Positions 1 through 10,087 of a stretch of DNA of 64,000 nucleotides are shown piece after piece; positions within the stretch are counted from its first letter, which is position 1; the number at the start of each line of letters is the position of its first letter. The notes beneath the pieces are model-generated. The model was not told the DNA's origin and did not search any database. It saw only the letters and a list, made by a program, of their open reading frames with translations. Origin of the DNA: an uncultured Gemmatimonadales bacterium (GTDB lineage: Bacteria > Gemmatimonadota > Gemmatimonadetes > Gemmatimonadales > GWC2-71-9); assembly GCA_963748815.1 (NCBI GenBank), contig CAVVKJ010000005.1, positions 64,001 through 128,000 on the forward strand, written 5' to 3'. The position numbers and the translations under genes were made by a program.

Positions 1-1
1 C

Positions 2-367
2 AACATCGAGCTGCCGTTCGAGCAGGGCAACAACCCGTACCTGACCAAGAACCTGCTCTTCAAGTTCTTCTTCGTCCGGAAGACGATGTTCGTGAAGTAC
101 GCCACCGCCTTCATCGTCTTCCCCGGCGGGTACGGGACGATGGACGAGCTCTTCGAGGCGCTGACCCTGATCCAGACCGGCAAGGTGAAGTCGTTTCCCG
201 TCATCCTCTTTGGCCGGGCCTACTGGGAGGGGATGGTCGAGTGGCTCTCGCGCACCGTGGCGGGCGCGGGGAACATCGACACCGGCGACCTGACCCTTTT
301 TCACCTGACCGACGACCCGGAAGAGGCCGTCCGGATCGTTCTCGAAGCGCGCGCCAAGCGCGCCTGA
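2..367 (+). CDS. LOG-family (TIGR00730-like) nucleotide phosphoribohydrolase, 5'-truncated by the window edge
   Basis: Open frame from base 2 (NIELPFEQ...[11 protein letters not shown]); [12 protein letters not shown] is the LOG PGGxGTxxE motif. Confidence 0.9.
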   Translation, partial: NIELPFEQGNNPYLTKNLLFKFFFVRKTMFVKYATAFIVFPGGYGTMDELFEALTLIQTGKVKSFPVILFGRAYWEGMVEWLSRTVAGAGNIDTGDLTLFHLTDDPEEAVRIVLEARAKRA

Positions 368-392
368 CCTTTCGTCCACACCGGAGCACGGC

Positions 393-1538
393 ATGACGCG
401 TCCCTCGGGCCCCTACCTGCGCGGCCAGCGGATCGATCCCACCGCCATCACCGGCACGGAGCAGATCGCCGACCTCGTGGACAACGCCTTCCTGGCCTAC
501 AACGCCGGGCGACTCCGCGAAGGATGCCAGCTCTTCACCACCCGGATGCTGCAGCCCGACACGACTGTGGGCATGAGCCTGACGGGTGCCATGACCCCGG
601 CCGGCATCGGGATGAGCTGCCTCATCCCCCTGATGGAAGCGGGGTTCGTGGACTGGATCATCTCCACCGGGGCCAATCTCTATCACGACGCGCACTTCGC
701 CCTCGGGCTGGCGCTCCACCGCGGCCGCCACGACGCCGACGATGTGGAGCTGCGCGACAAGGGCGTGGTGCGCATCTATGACATCTTCTTCGACTACAAC
801 GTGCTGCTTTCCACCGACGCCTTCGTGCGCGAGGTGTCGGCGCGACCGGAATTTCAGCGCGCGATGAGCTCGGCGGAGTATCACTTCCTGCTCGGCGGCT
901 ACCTCCGTGAGCGCGAGGCGGCGCTCGGCCTGTCGAAGCGGTCCGTGTTGTCCACCGCACACGAGCTGGCGGTGCCGATCTACACCAGCTCCCCCGGCGA
1001 CAGCTCGATCGGGATGAACGTGGCGGAGCAGGCGCTGGCCGGGAGCCAGCTGCGGTTCGACGTGAGCGCCGACGTGAACGAGACGGCGGCCATCGTCCTC
1101 GAGGCCAAGCGCACCGGCGGGAAGAGCGGCGTGCTGATTGCCGGCGGCGGCAGCCCGAAGAACTTCATCCTCCAGACCGAGCCGCAAATCCAGGAAGTGC
1201 TCGGCATCGACGAGCGGGGGCACGACTACTTTCTGCAGATGACCGACGCCCGGCCGGACGTGGGCGGCCTGTCCGGCGCCACGCCGAATGAAGCGGTCAG
1301 CTGGGGAAAGATCGACCCCGACCAACTGCCGGGCACCGTGGTGGTCTATGCCGACAACACCATCACCCTGCCCCTCCTGACCGCGTACGCGCTCCAGCGC
1401 ATGCCACCCCGGCCCCTCAAGCGCCTCTACGACCGGCGCGGGCCGATGATGGAACGATTGGTGACGGAATACCGCGCCGCGCTGGCCTTCCGCAATCAGC
1501 GGGCCGACGACGCCGTGGGAGAACGGAGTGGAGACTAG
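393..1538 (+). CDS. Deoxyhypusine synthase-like protein (bacterial DHS/homospermidine synthase-type)
   Basis: [22 protein letters not shown] and [16 protein letters not shown] (active-site Lys) motifs. Confidence 0.9.
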   Translation: MTRPSGPYLRGQRIDPTAITGTEQIADLVDNAFLAYNAGRLREGCQLFTTRMLQPDTTVGMSLTGAMTPAGIGMSCLIPLMEAGFVDWIISTGANLYHDAHFALGLALHRGRHDADDVELRDKGVVRIYDIFFDYNVLLSTDAFVREVSARPEFQRAMSSAEYHFLLGGYLREREAALGLSKRSVLSTAHELAVPIYTSSPGDSSIGMNVAEQALAGSQLRFDVSADVNETAAIVLEAKRTGGKSGVLIAGGGSPKNFILQTEPQIQEVLGIDERGHDYFLQMTDARPDVGGLSGATPNEAVSWGKIDPDQLPGTVVVYADNTITLPLLTAYALQRMPPRPLKRLYDRRGPMMERLVTEYRAALAFRNQRADDAVGERSGD

Positions 1539-3081
1539 CCCGACCCCGCTCCCCGAGCCCACCCGCCGTTACGCCTGGTACGCGCTCGCGCTCCTGGCGG
1601 TGCTGAAGCTGCTCAGCTACGTCAACCGCAATGTCATCTTTGCGCTTGTCCCCCCCATCGAACTCGATCTGCACCTGACCGACGCGCACATCGGGTGGAT
1701 CGCGTCGGCGTTCGTCCTGCTCTTTTCCGTCGCGGTCTTTCCCTTCGGCGTGCTGAGCGACCTCCGCTCGCGCCGGGCGGTGGCCGGCGTGGGCGTGGTG
1801 ATCTGGAGCGCGTTCGCCTTCCTCGCGGGATTTTCGCAGGGGTTTTGGGGCCTGTTCATGACGCGGGCCGCCGTGGGCATCGGGACCGCCGCCTTCACCG
1901 CCGCCGCCGCCTCCCTCGTCGCGGACTATTTTCCCGGTCGCCGCCGCGCCCTCGCCATGGGCATCTTCTCCGCCGGCATTCCCGTGGGGGGAATCCTCGG
2001 GATCACCCTCGGCGGGCAGCTCGAGGCGGTCTACGGATGGCGGATCTCGATGATGGCCGTGGCCGTGCCGGGGTTCCTGCTGGCGGCGCTGGTGGTGCGG
2101 CTGACCGACCCGAACCGGCCTCCGCCGGTCTTCACCGTGCGCCAGTACTGGCGCCGACTCGAACTGGGCATGACCGGTGCCTTCAAGGCGGCCTGGCCGC
2201 TCCTGCTCGGCTCGGGGGTCGGGGCGATCGTCGCCTGGCTGCTCGACACGCGGTACGGGGCCACGTCGAGCCTCGACATCGCGGCCCTCGCCACTGGCAT
2301 TGGGCTCGGCCTGGCGGGGAATATCGTCCTGCTTGTCCGGGCGAACCGCCGCCAGGAGGATGTGTTCGACTTCCTTCCGGCCGCGAGCATGACCGATGCA
2401 ATCGGCGAGACGCGAATCGCCGTCCACACCGTGTTTCGCACCCCCACGCTCAAGTATCTGTTCGTCGGTGGGGCGCTGGTGGCGTTCGGCGTGAATGGGC
2501 TGGTCGGATGGGCCCCCACGTTTATGTCCCGCACGCTGGGCCTGAGCGTGGCGCAGGGAACCCTGCTGCTCGGGCAATGGGGGCTGCTGTCGGGCACCGC
2601 GGGCACCTTGGCCGGCGGGTTTATCGCCGACTGGCTGGGGAAGTACACCGGCCGCGCACGGATGATCGTCTCCACGCTGGGACTGTGCGTCGGGGGGCCG
2701 CTGGCCGTCTGGTTGCTGGCGGTGCGGGATCTGGACCTGTTCGTTCCGGTCTTCGCGGCGGCGTTCTTCTTCCTGACCCTCTACAACGGACCGGTCATCG
2801 CAGCGGTGTTTGACGTCGTGCCGGCGCGGATCGGTGCCACGGTGATGGGGGCCTACCTCCTCTTCATCCACGTGGCCGGCGACGCCATCGCCCTGCCCCT
2901 CGTCGGCATCCTCTCCGGCCGGTTCGGCATCGATCGGGCGATCTTCATCCTGCCCGTGGCGGTCATTTTTGGCGGGATCGCGCTCTTCTTCGGGGTGGGG
3001 ACGGTGGTGCGGGACATGGCCTTCGTGGCGGCGCGGACCACGGCGTCGCATCCGGTCATCAGGGCGAGTCCGCAGAACTGA
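1528..3081 (+). CDS. MFS transporter (spinster-like)
   Basis: 12+ hydrophobic segments; motif A-like [10 protein letters not shown] and [12 protein letters not shown] start overlaps the upstream gene. Confidence 0.85.
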   Translation: METSPTPLPEPTRRYAWYALALLAVLKLLSYVNRNVIFALVPPIELDLHLTDAHIGWIASAFVLLFSVAVFPFGVLSDLRSRRAVAGVGVVIWSAFAFLAGFSQGFWGLFMTRAAVGIGTAAFTAAAASLVADYFPGRRRALAMGIFSAGIPVGGILGITLGGQLEAVYGWRISMMAVAVPGFLLAALVVRLTDPNRPPPVFTVRQYWRRLELGMTGAFKAAWPLLLGSGVGAIVAWLLDTRYGATSSLDIAALATGIGLGLAGNIVLLVRANRRQEDVFDFLPAASMTDAIGETRIAVHTVFRTPTLKYLFVGGALVAFGVNGLVGWAPTFMSRTLGLSVAQGTLLLGQWGLLSGTAGTLAGGFIADWLGKYTGRARMIVSTLGLCVGGPLAVWLLAVRDLDLFVPVFAAAFFFLTLYNGPVIAAVFDVVPARIGATVMGAYLLFIHVAGDAIALPLVGILSGRFGIDRAIFILPVAVIFGGIALFFGVGTVVRDMAFVAARTTASHPVIRASPQN

Positions 3082-3086
3082 AACCA

Positions 3087-3112
3087 TGGACCCCGGCTTT
3101 CGCCGGGGTGAC
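3087..3112. repeat. CGTC-type REP palindrome, copy 1 (TGGACCCCGGCTTTCGCCGGGGTGAC)
   Basis: Identical 26-mer at 3087, 25092 and 62486; stem ACCCCGGC/GCCGGGGT with a TTTC (GAAA) loop. Confidence 0.85.
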
Positions 3113-3144
3113 GATCCATCGATGTTTTTCCCCGCTTCCCCGCC

Positions 3145-3516
3145 CTATCTGGCATTCCTGTACAACAACTCCACCAGTTCGTCGTACATCGCGCCGGTTT
3201 GCTCTGGATCGCCCGAGCGAATCGCGCTGGCGGCGCAGTGCTCCAAGTGGTTCCGGAACAGGATGCGTGCGACGCCGCGCAGCGCCTCGTGCACCGAGGA
3301 GACCTGCGTCAGCACATCCGCGCAGTAGCGCTCCTCCTCGAGCATGCGTTGCAACCCCCGCACCTGGCCCTCGATCCGTTTGAGCCGGTTCAGCGCCGCC
3401 TCCTTGAGCGCGGGGTCCACCGCCACGGCGTGCGTGCCGTCGCCCGGGCGAGCGCAGGCGCAGGGCGCCGTGGGCTCGCTGCCGGACATGCCGGGCTCGG
3501 ACGTGGGTGCAGGCAT
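3145..3516 (-). CDS. csoR: CsoR/RcnR-family copper-sensing repressor
   Basis: RLKRIEGQVRGLQRM...YCADVLTQ...HLEHC carries the Cys/His/Cys ligands; last gene of the cop operon. Confidence 0.9.
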   Translation of the reverse strand: MPAPTSEPGMSGSEPTAPCACARPGDGTHAVAVDPALKEAALNRLKRIEGQVRGLQRMLEEERYCADVLTQVSSVHEALRGVARILFRNHLEHCAASAIRSGDPEQTGAMYDELVELLYRNAR

Positions 3517-5840
3517 CAGGCCCTCCGCAGGCGCAGACTGTTGGTCACCACCGACACGCTGCTCACCGCCATCGCGGCGGCGGCAATGGTCGGGGTGAGC
3601 AGGATGCCGAAGACGGGATACAGCGCGCCGGCCGCCACCGGGATGCCGACGACATTGTAGGCGAAGGCCCAGAAGAGGTTCTGCTTGATGACGCGGAGGG
3701 TGCGCCGCGCGAGGCGCACGGCTTCGGGGACGCCGGCGAGGTCGCCGCGCATCAGGGTCACGTCGCCCGCCTCGACGGCCACGTCGGTGCCGGTGCCGAG
3801 GGCGATGCCGACATCGGCCTGGGCGAGCGCCGGCGCGTCGTTCAGGCCGTCACCCACCATGCCGACCACCTTGCCGTCCGCCTGCAGCCGCTGCACCACC
3901 TCGCGCTTGTGCTCCGGCAGCACCTCCGCCACGACGACGCTGATCCCGACCTGGCGCGCGACGCTCTCCGCCGTGCCACGGGCGTCGCCGGTGAGCATCA
4001 CCACGTCGAGTCCGAGCGCACGCAGCGCCGAGACGGCGGCGGCGCTCGTGGGCCTGATCGGATCCGCCACGGCAATGACGCCGGCCGCCGCGCCGCCGAT
4101 GGAGACGAGGACCGGTGTGGCGCCGAGGCCGGCCAGCTCGTCCGCCAGTGCGTGCAGCGCGGCACTGTCGATGCCCCAGTCTACGAACAGCGCCCGATTG
4201 CCCGCGAGCACCCCGTCGCCGTTGACGACCCCGACGACCCCCTTGCCCGGAAAGACCTGGAACGACTCGACGGCGGGAATCACGAGGTGCCGGTCGGTGG
4301 CGGCGGCCACGATGGCCTCGCCCAGCGGGTGCTCGCTCATCCGTTCGAGCGCGGCGGCGGACGCCAAGACGGTGGCCTCGTCCCCTGCCCCGACCAGCCG
4401 CACCTGCGTCACTGCCGGGCGCCCTTCGGTGATGGTGCCGGTCTTGTCGAGCACCACGACGTCGAGTTCGGCGGCGCGCTGCAGGACGTTGCCGCCCTTG
4501 AAGAGGACGCCGCGCTCCGCGCCGCGGCCGGTGGACACCATCACCGCGGTGGGCACCGCCAGCCCCATGGCGCAGGGACAGGCGATGATGAGCACGGTGA
4601 CGGCGGCGGCGAGCGCGCGGACCACGCGGGGATCGGGGCCGAGGAAGTACCAGAGGGCGAACGTGCCGAGGGCGATGACGATGACCACCGGCACGAAGAC
4701 GGCGGCGATCCGGTCGGAGAGCTGCTGGATCGGCGCCTTGGCGCCCTGCGCCTCGCGCACCATCCGGATGATCTGCGCGAGGACGGTGTCCCCGCCGACG
4801 CGCGTGGCGCGGACGCGGATCGCGCCGGCCCGGTTGAGGGTGGCGCCGACGACGGCGCTCCCCGGCTGCTTGGCCACCGGCGTCGGCTCGCCGGTCAGCA
4901 TCGCCTCATCGACGGAGGTGGTGCCTTCGAGCACCACGCCATCCACCGGGATCGTCTCGCCGGGGCGGACGAGCAGTTCGTCGCCGCTCCGCACCTGGTC
5001 GAGCGGAACCTCGAGCACGTCCCCGCCCCGCACCACGTGGGCGCTGTCCGGACGAAGCGCCACGAGCTTCCGGATGGCCGCGGAGGTGCGGCCCTTGGCG
5101 CGCGCCTCGAGGTAGTTGCCCAGCAGGATGAGCGCGATGATCCAGACCACCGCCTCGTAGTACACGTGCGGCTCGACGCCGCGGGCCAGGAAGAACGGCG
5201 CGCCCACCGTCATGGCCAGGCTGAAGAGGAAGGCGGCCCCGGTGCCGACGGCGACCAGCGTGTTCATGTCGGCGCCGCCGTGTCGCGCCGCCGCCCAGGC
5301 GCGCACGTAGAAGTGTCGCCCGGCCCAGAAGACGATCGGGAGGGTGAGACCGAGGAGGGTCCAGCGCCAGGTGTCGGCGCCGACGTCAAAGAGGGCGGGG
5401 GCCACCGACCGCAGCGCTTCGCTGAGCGGCATCATGAGGTGCATCAGCGGGTCCGCCGCTCCCTGCGCGGCGGCCGCCTCGCCGAGGGGGAGGCCGATGA
5501 GCATGGCCAGCGCGGCGGCGACCAGGCTGACGGTCACCTTGCGCCGCAGGGTGCCCAGCTCGACGGCCAGGCGCAGCTCGTCCGCGGTTTCCTCGTCGCC
5601 CGGTGCGACCTCGGGGCGGGGAAGCTCGGCGCCGTAGCCGGTGTCGCGGATGGTGCTCACCAGCGCGTCGAGCGAGGCGACCGAGGCGTCAAATTCGACG
5701 GTGGCCGAGTTGGTCATCAGGTTGACGTTGGCGGAGGCCACCCCGGGGGTGCGCTCGAGCGTGCGCTGGATGCGCGCACTGCAGGCGGCGCAGGTCATTC
5801 CCGTGACGGGAATGGTCGCGCGTTCGGGGGTGGCTGGCAT
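3516..5840 (-). CDS. copA: Cu(I)-exporting P1B-1 ATPase
   Basis: GMTCAAC metal-binding domain, TGE, CPC, DKTGT, HP, GDGLND, YN and MAVSS motifs. Confidence 0.95.
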   Translation of the reverse strand: MPATPERATIPVTGMTCAACSARIQRTLERTPGVASANVNLMTNSATVEFDASVASLDALVSTIRDTGYGAELPRPEVAPGDEETADELRLAVELGTLRRKVTVSLVAAALAMLIGLPLGEAAAAQGAADPLMHLMMPLSEALRSVAPALFDVGADTWRWTLLGLTLPIVFWAGRHFYVRAWAAARHGGADMNTLVAVGTGAAFLFSLAMTVGAPFFLARGVEPHVYYEAVVWIIALILLGNYLEARAKGRTSAAIRKLVALRPDSAHVVRGGDVLEVPLDQVRSGDELLVRPGETIPVDGVVLEGTTSVDEAMLTGEPTPVAKQPGSAVVGATLNRAGAIRVRATRVGGDTVLAQIIRMVREAQGAKAPIQQLSDRIAAVFVPVVIVIALGTFALWYFLGPDPRVVRALAAAVTVLIIACPCAMGLAVPTAVMVSTGRGAERGVLFKGGNVLQRAAELDVVVLDKTGTITEGRPAVTQVRLVGAGDEATVLASAAALERMSEHPLGEAIVAAATDRHLVIPAVESFQVFPGKGVVGVVNGDGVLAGNRALFVDWGIDSAALHALADELAGLGATPVLVSIGGAAAGVIAVADPIRPTSAAAVSALRALGLDVVMLTGDARGTAESVARQVGISVVVAEVLPEHKREVVQRLQADGKVVGMVGDGLNDAPALAQADVGIALGTGTDVAVEAGDVTLMRGDLAGVPEAVRLARRTLRVIKQNLFWAFAYNVVGIPVAAGALYPVFGILLTPTIAAAAMAVSSVSVVTNSLRLRRA

Positions 5841-5852
5841 CGCGCTATCCGG

Positions 5853-6071
5853 TCACGCCGCGCTCGGCGCGGGGGTGGCGCGGTATCCCTCTTCGGAGAC
5901 CGCGGCGGCGATGGCGGCTGCGCTAATCTGGGTGGGGTCGAAGCGGAGTTCAGCCCGGCCGATCTTGACCGAATCGACTTCCACCCCCGTGAGGGTGGAG
6001 AGAGCTTTGTTCACGGCGTTCAGGCAGTGTCCGCATGACATGCCTTCGATGTGGAGGATGAGGTTTTCCAT
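5853..6071 (-). CDS. copZ: Copper chaperone (HMA domain)
   Basis: 72 aa, GMSCGHC motif, directly upstream of copA. Confidence 0.9.
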   Translation of the reverse strand: MENLILHIEGMSCGHCLNAVNKALSTLTGVEVDSVKIGRAELRFDPTQISAAAIAAAVSEEGYRATPAPSAA

Positions 6072-6186
6072 GGTTCCAAGGCGTAGTAGTGAGTACTACT
6101 AACTAGATCTGCTGGTCCAGGGCATCCAATTCCAGCCGCTCGAACTAGGTGCCGAATCCCGACCTGCAGCGACGAAAACAGCGTTC

Positions 6187-6215
6187 AATTTATATAGGGG
6201 TGGGGGGTATGTCAA
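6187..6215 (-). promoter_or_regulatory. sigma70 promoter of copZ-copA-csoR with a CsoR-type operator in the spacer
   Basis: Minus strand TTGACA-N17-TAAATT; the spacer TACCCCCCACCCCTATA is a C/G tract flanked by TAC/TATA, as in CsoR/RcnR operators. Confidence 0.85.
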
Positions 6216-6385
6216 TGGGCTCGCCGAATACGGCTGAAGTTCTTTCCCCGCAGGCATTTGCAAGATGAGGTGATGCCGGGGGCACGAAAGACTGCCGACG
6301 CGTTTGGCAGTTAACCGCTTTTTTAGCATGACGTTACGTCATAGTACTGCAACTCGGGGCATGCAAAGTGCACTAGGCAGCAGCC

Positions 6386-8026
6386 ATGAACGACCACCGC
6401 GACTCATTCCGCTCATCCTCCGATGGGGGGGAGATCGAAGCCCTGGATGTCCGGGTTCCGCTCCTCCGCCTCAAGGGGAGTTCGTGGGATGCCGTCGCGC
6501 TGGAGACCTGGCTGGAGGCCGTCTCAGGGCTGCTCGCGCCGGAATTGCCGCATGACCTGATGGCACTCTGGGTGTATCCGCCGGAAGGTCCCGCCATCCT
6601 CGTGGGCCCCTCGGCGCTAGCACAGGACCATCTGGAGGTGCCGGCGCCCGCCCCCCATCTCGGGCAGGACGAGCTCTACACGATGGAGCAGCGCATTCGT
6701 TCGGCGGGATATGCCTCCGTCGTCTGCATGGCGGTCCCGCACGGCGACCGGGATGTCGGCCTCCTCCTCCTCGCCGACCTGCGCTCGGCCCGCTACGGGC
6801 TGCCGGAGGCGGTGCTGCTCCGAAACGTCGCCGATTCGCTCGGTCCGACGCTGGCGCGGGTGGCTCGGCAGGGCAGGGGACCGGAACTCGAGCCGCGAGA
6901 GGACGGGTCTCCACCGCCTCCCGAGCGCCGCCGCTCGGAGCCGGGCCGCAAGCTCGTGGAGCTGCACGAATTGCTCGCGAAGCTGGGACTCGCCGAGTCG
7001 GCGTCCCGCACGCCGCGGGAATTCTCGGAATTTGTTTCGCAGGCGCTCCAGCCGATGCTGCCGCACGACCGGCTCCAGGTCCTGGTACCCGACGCGTCGG
7101 CGCAGGAGCACTATCGCTTCGATCGACATGGTCCGGGCACCTTCTGGTCCGACCCGGCGCTCGTCGTCACCCGTGATCAGTTCAACCCGGCGGCGCAGTT
7201 CGGCGATGCCGACGACATCCTCGTCGGCGACACCCAGCAGCAGGCCGGGGCTCCGGCCTGGTGTCCCGACGCCCCCGGGCCCGGGCGTGAAGGCGACCCC
7301 GCGCCGGCCCGCTCTGTCGTGGGCGTACGCCTCCTCTCCCAGACCCGGGTCGCGGGCTACCTCCTCCTGGGCGGAAACGGCCCGGAATTCTTCCGGCAGG
7401 ACGACCTGGAGCTCCTGCGCCAGGTCGCACCCCTGGTCGCGGTGCGTGTCGACAGCTTCCTCCTCGCCTGGCAGGTGCAGGTGATGCGCTCGCACCTGAG
7501 CGTGCTTCGGAACGTCCCGGCGCACCTCGGGCGCATCGCGGAAGTGCTTGCCACCACGGCGCACCTCGGCGCGGCCACGCGGCTGTTCGCGCGTGAAGCG
7601 TCAACGGTACTGCCGTTCGACCGCATGGAATTTTCGCTGAAGCTGGGCGACGCCGATGAGGTGGTGGTGGTCGCGCCGGGTGATGCACACCCGTTGCCCG
7701 ACTTGCCGCTGATGTCGGTGGCGGGCACCGAGCTGGGACGTGTGCTCCGCGGGGAATTGCCCCACGCCTACGCCTCCGCGCGGCGGCATCTCGAGACGGA
7801 GCTCGGGGCGGGCCAACCGACCGCCGCCCTGGTGGTACCCCTCCGCGTGGCCGGAAGAATCTTCGGATGCCTGACGCTGCTCGCCGCCGGGGCGGACGCC
7901 TTCACTCGCGCGGACATTGCCCTGGCGCAGCAGCTGGCCGACCTCCTGGCTCCGCATCTCGAATTGCTCCGCCGTGCGTCCATGTCGACGCCGCCGGTGG
8001 CGCCGGGGTGGAGGCGGCGGCCGTAA
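6386..8026 (+). CDS. Tandem GAF-domain protein with no recognisable output domain
   Basis: Three GAF-like C-terminal signatures (SVVCMAVPHGDRDVGLLLL; SVVGVRLLSQTRVAGYLLL...FRQDDLELL; ALVVPLRVAGRIFGCLTL...FTRADIALAQQLA). Confidence 0.7.
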   Translation: MNDHRDSFRSSSDGGEIEALDVRVPLLRLKGSSWDAVALETWLEAVSGLLAPELPHDLMALWVYPPEGPAILVGPSALAQDHLEVPAPAPHLGQDELYTMEQRIRSAGYASVVCMAVPHGDRDVGLLLLADLRSARYGLPEAVLLRNVADSLGPTLARVARQGRGPELEPREDGSPPPPERRRSEPGRKLVELHELLAKLGLAESASRTPREFSEFVSQALQPMLPHDRLQVLVPDASAQEHYRFDRHGPGTFWSDPALVVTRDQFNPAAQFGDADDILVGDTQQQAGAPAWCPDAPGPGREGDPAPARSVVGVRLLSQTRVAGYLLLGGNGPEFFRQDDLELLRQVAPLVAVRVDSFLLAWQVQVMRSHLSVLRNVPAHLGRIAEVLATTAHLGAATRLFAREASTVLPFDRMEFSLKLGDADEVVVVAPGDAHPLPDLPLMSVAGTELGRVLRGELPHAYASARRHLETELGAGQPTAALVVPLRVAGRIFGCLTLLAAGADAFTRADIALAQQLADLLAPHLELLRRASMSTPPVAPGWRRRP

Positions 8027-8066
8027 GTCACTGTCCTTCCGCAGGTTATCAGGCAGCTCCGCGGTC

Positions 8067-8131
8067 CTGATGCATTTCTAACACCCGCATCACCCTTCCT
8101 TACCAATCCCTGATACACAGAGCCCTAGCTT
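8067..8131 (+). promoter_or_regulatory. Putative kdp promoter with phased direct repeats (candidate KdpE sites)
   Basis: CTGAT/CTAAC/ATCAC/CTTAC/CTGAT at 8067, 8078, 8089, 8099 and 8110 (10-11 bp period), then -10-like TAGCTT at 8126. Confidence 0.4.
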
Positions 8132-8160
8132 GTTCCGTGTCTCCCACACGGACCCGGTTC

Positions 8161-8256
8161 ATGTCGGACATTGCCGTCATTGCACTCACCGCGCTGCTGC
8201 TGGCGCTGACCCGCGTCTTCCTCCGCGTGTGCGAGCGGCGTGGAGGCGCCCGATGA
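8161..8256 (+). CDS. 31-aa hydrophobic micropeptide upstream of kdpF (MSDIAVIALTALLLALTRVFLRVCERRGGAR)
   Basis: Read directly from the sequence (absent from the ORF track); one TM-like segment; ATGA overlap with kdpF. Confidence 0.65.
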   Translation: MSDIAVIALTALLLALTRVFLRVCERRGGAR

Positions 8257-8345
8257 CCATCCTCTATTGGGCCGCGGGCATCATCGCCCTCGGGCTCTTC
8301 GTCTACCTCCTGGTGGCACTCCTGAACCCGGAGGCGTTCGAATGA
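8253..8345 (+). CDS. kdpF: K+-transporting ATPase subunit F
   Basis: MTILYWAAGIIALGLFVYLLVALLNPEAFE with the YLxxALxxPE.F signature; GGAGG RBS; ATGA overlap with kdpA. Confidence 0.9.
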   Translation: MTILYWAAGIIALGLFVYLLVALLNPEAFE

Positions 8346-10084
8346 CCTCCTTCGCCTGGCTGCAGCTCGGTACGTACTTGGCGCTGCTCGTCGGCCTCGG
8401 CCTGCCCCTCGGCCATTACATGGCCCGGGTGTACACCGGGGAGGCCCGGCTGAGCCAACGGATCCTCGGCCCGGTGGAGCGGGTCTTCTATCGCCTTCTC
8501 GGCATCGACCCGGGGCGGGAAATGGGATGGCGGGAATACACCCTCGCCGTGCTGGCGATCAGCATCGTGAGTCTCGTGGCGGTCTACGCCATCCAGCGGC
8601 TGCAGGGCGTGCTCCCCGTCAATCCCGCCGGCCTGCCCGGCGTTCCCGCGCTCCTCGCCTTCAACACCGCGGTCAGCTTCACGACCAACACGAACTGGCA
8701 GGCGTACGGCGGCGAGACGACGTTGAGCCACCTGACGCAGCTGCTGGCGCTCACGGTGCAGAACTTCGTGTCGGCAGCGGTCGGCATGGCCGTGCTTGCC
8801 GCGCTCATCCGCGGCCTCACCCGCCAAACGGCCTCCACGATCGGCAACGCCTGGGTGGATATCACCCGCAGCGTGCTCTATATCCTCCTGCCGCTCGCGG
8901 TAGTGCTGTCGCTTCTGCTGGTGTCGCAGGGCGTGGTGCAGACCATGGCCGCCTCCCGGGACGTGACGCTGGTCCAGCCGTTCCAGGCCGACTCGACGGT
9001 CGTCCGCACCCAGATGGTGGCGGTCGGGCCCGCCGCCAGCCAGGTGGCCATCAAGCAGCTGGGCACCAACGGCGGCGGCTTCTTCAACGTCAACTCGGCG
9101 CACCCACTCGAGAACCCGACTCCTTTCAGCAACCTCCTCGAGGTGCTGGCGATCCTCCTCATCCCCGCCGCGCTCTGCTTCACCTTCGGCCGGATGGTCA
9201 AGGACGACCGGCAGGGGTGGGCCATCTTCGCGGCGATGGCGATCATCTTCGCGGCGCTGACCATCCCGACGATGGCGGCGGAGCAGGCGGGGAACCCCGC
9301 GCTCACAGCGGCGGGCGCCGACCAGGTCGCGACCGCCCTGCAACCGGGCGGCAACATGGAGGGCAAGGAGGCGCGCTTCGGGCCGGTGGCCTCGAGCCTG
9401 TGGGCCACGGCGACCACCTCCGCCTCGAACGGCTCAGTCAACTCGATGCACGATTCCTTCACCCCGCTGGGCGGCCTCTGGCCGCTCTGGCTGATGCAGC
9501 TCGGCGAGGTGGTCTTTGGCGGGGTGGGCTCCGGGCTCTACGGCATGCTGATCTTCGCCATCCTGGCGGTGTTCATCGCCGGGCTGATGGTCGGCCGCAC
9601 GCCGGAGTACTTGGGCAAGAAGATCGAGGCCCGCGAGGTGACGTTGTCCGCGCTGATCGTGCTGCTGCCCTCCGCGCTGCTGCTGATCGGCACCGCGATC
9701 GCCGTGGTGCTCCCCTCGGCCGCGGGCTCGATCTCCAATCCGGGACCGCATGGCTTCACCGAGGTGCTCTACGGGTTTTCGTCCGCCTCGAACAACAATG
9801 GCAGTGCCTTCGCCGGGCTCAACGCCAACACCCCGTTTTTCAACGTGGCCCTCGGCATCGCGATGTTCCTCGCCCGGTTCTGGATCATCGTGCCGACGCT
9901 GGCCATCGCGGGGTCGCTCGCCGCCAAGAAGTCGGTGCCGCCGGGCCTCGGCACCCTGCCGACCCACACGCCGCTCTTCGTGGCGCTGCTGATCGGCACC
10001 GTGCTGCTCGTGGGTGCACTGGCGCACCTGCCGGGGCTGGCCCTGGGCCCGATCGTCGAACATCTCATGCTGATGGGACACTGA
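8342..10084 (+). CDS. kdpA: K+-transporting ATPase subunit A
   Basis: TNTNWQAYGGE, KQLGTNGGGFF, SNGS, GRTPEYLGKKI and NNGSAFAG motifs. Confidence 0.97.
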   Translation: MTSFAWLQLGTYLALLVGLGLPLGHYMARVYTGEARLSQRILGPVERVFYRLLGIDPGREMGWREYTLAVLAISIVSLVAVYAIQRLQGVLPVNPAGLPGVPALLAFNTAVSFTTNTNWQAYGGETTLSHLTQLLALTVQNFVSAAVGMAVLAALIRGLTRQTASTIGNAWVDITRSVLYILLPLAVVLSLLLVSQGVVQTMAASRDVTLVQPFQADSTVVRTQMVAVGPAASQVAIKQLGTNGGGFFNVNSAHPLENPTPFSNLLEVLAILLIPAALCFTFGRMVKDDRQGWAIFAAMAIIFAALTIPTMAAEQAGNPALTAAGADQVATALQPGGNMEGKEARFGPVASSLWATATTSASNGSVNSMHDSFTPLGGLWPLWLMQLGEVVFGGVGSGLYGMLIFAILAVFIAGLMVGRTPEYLGKKIEAREVTLSALIVLLPSALLLIGTAIAVVLPSAAGSISNPGPHGFTEVLYGFSSASNNNGSAFAGLNANTPFFNVALGIAMFLARFWIIVPTLAIAGSLAAKKSVPPGLGTLPTHTPLFVALLIGTVLLVGALAHLPGLALGPIVEHLMLMGH

Positions 10085-10087
10085 GCC

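Noticed and set aside
6099..6329. 76-aa minus-strand ORF upstream of copZ as a third leader peptide
   Set aside because: It runs through the promoter itself and has no signal peptide, metal-ligand patch or arrest-like tail
6358..6371. GG-N10-GC sigma54-like motif before the GAF gene
   Set aside because: Poor match (GGGCAT...GTGC), and the implied TSS would be only about 3 nt from the ATG; not supportable
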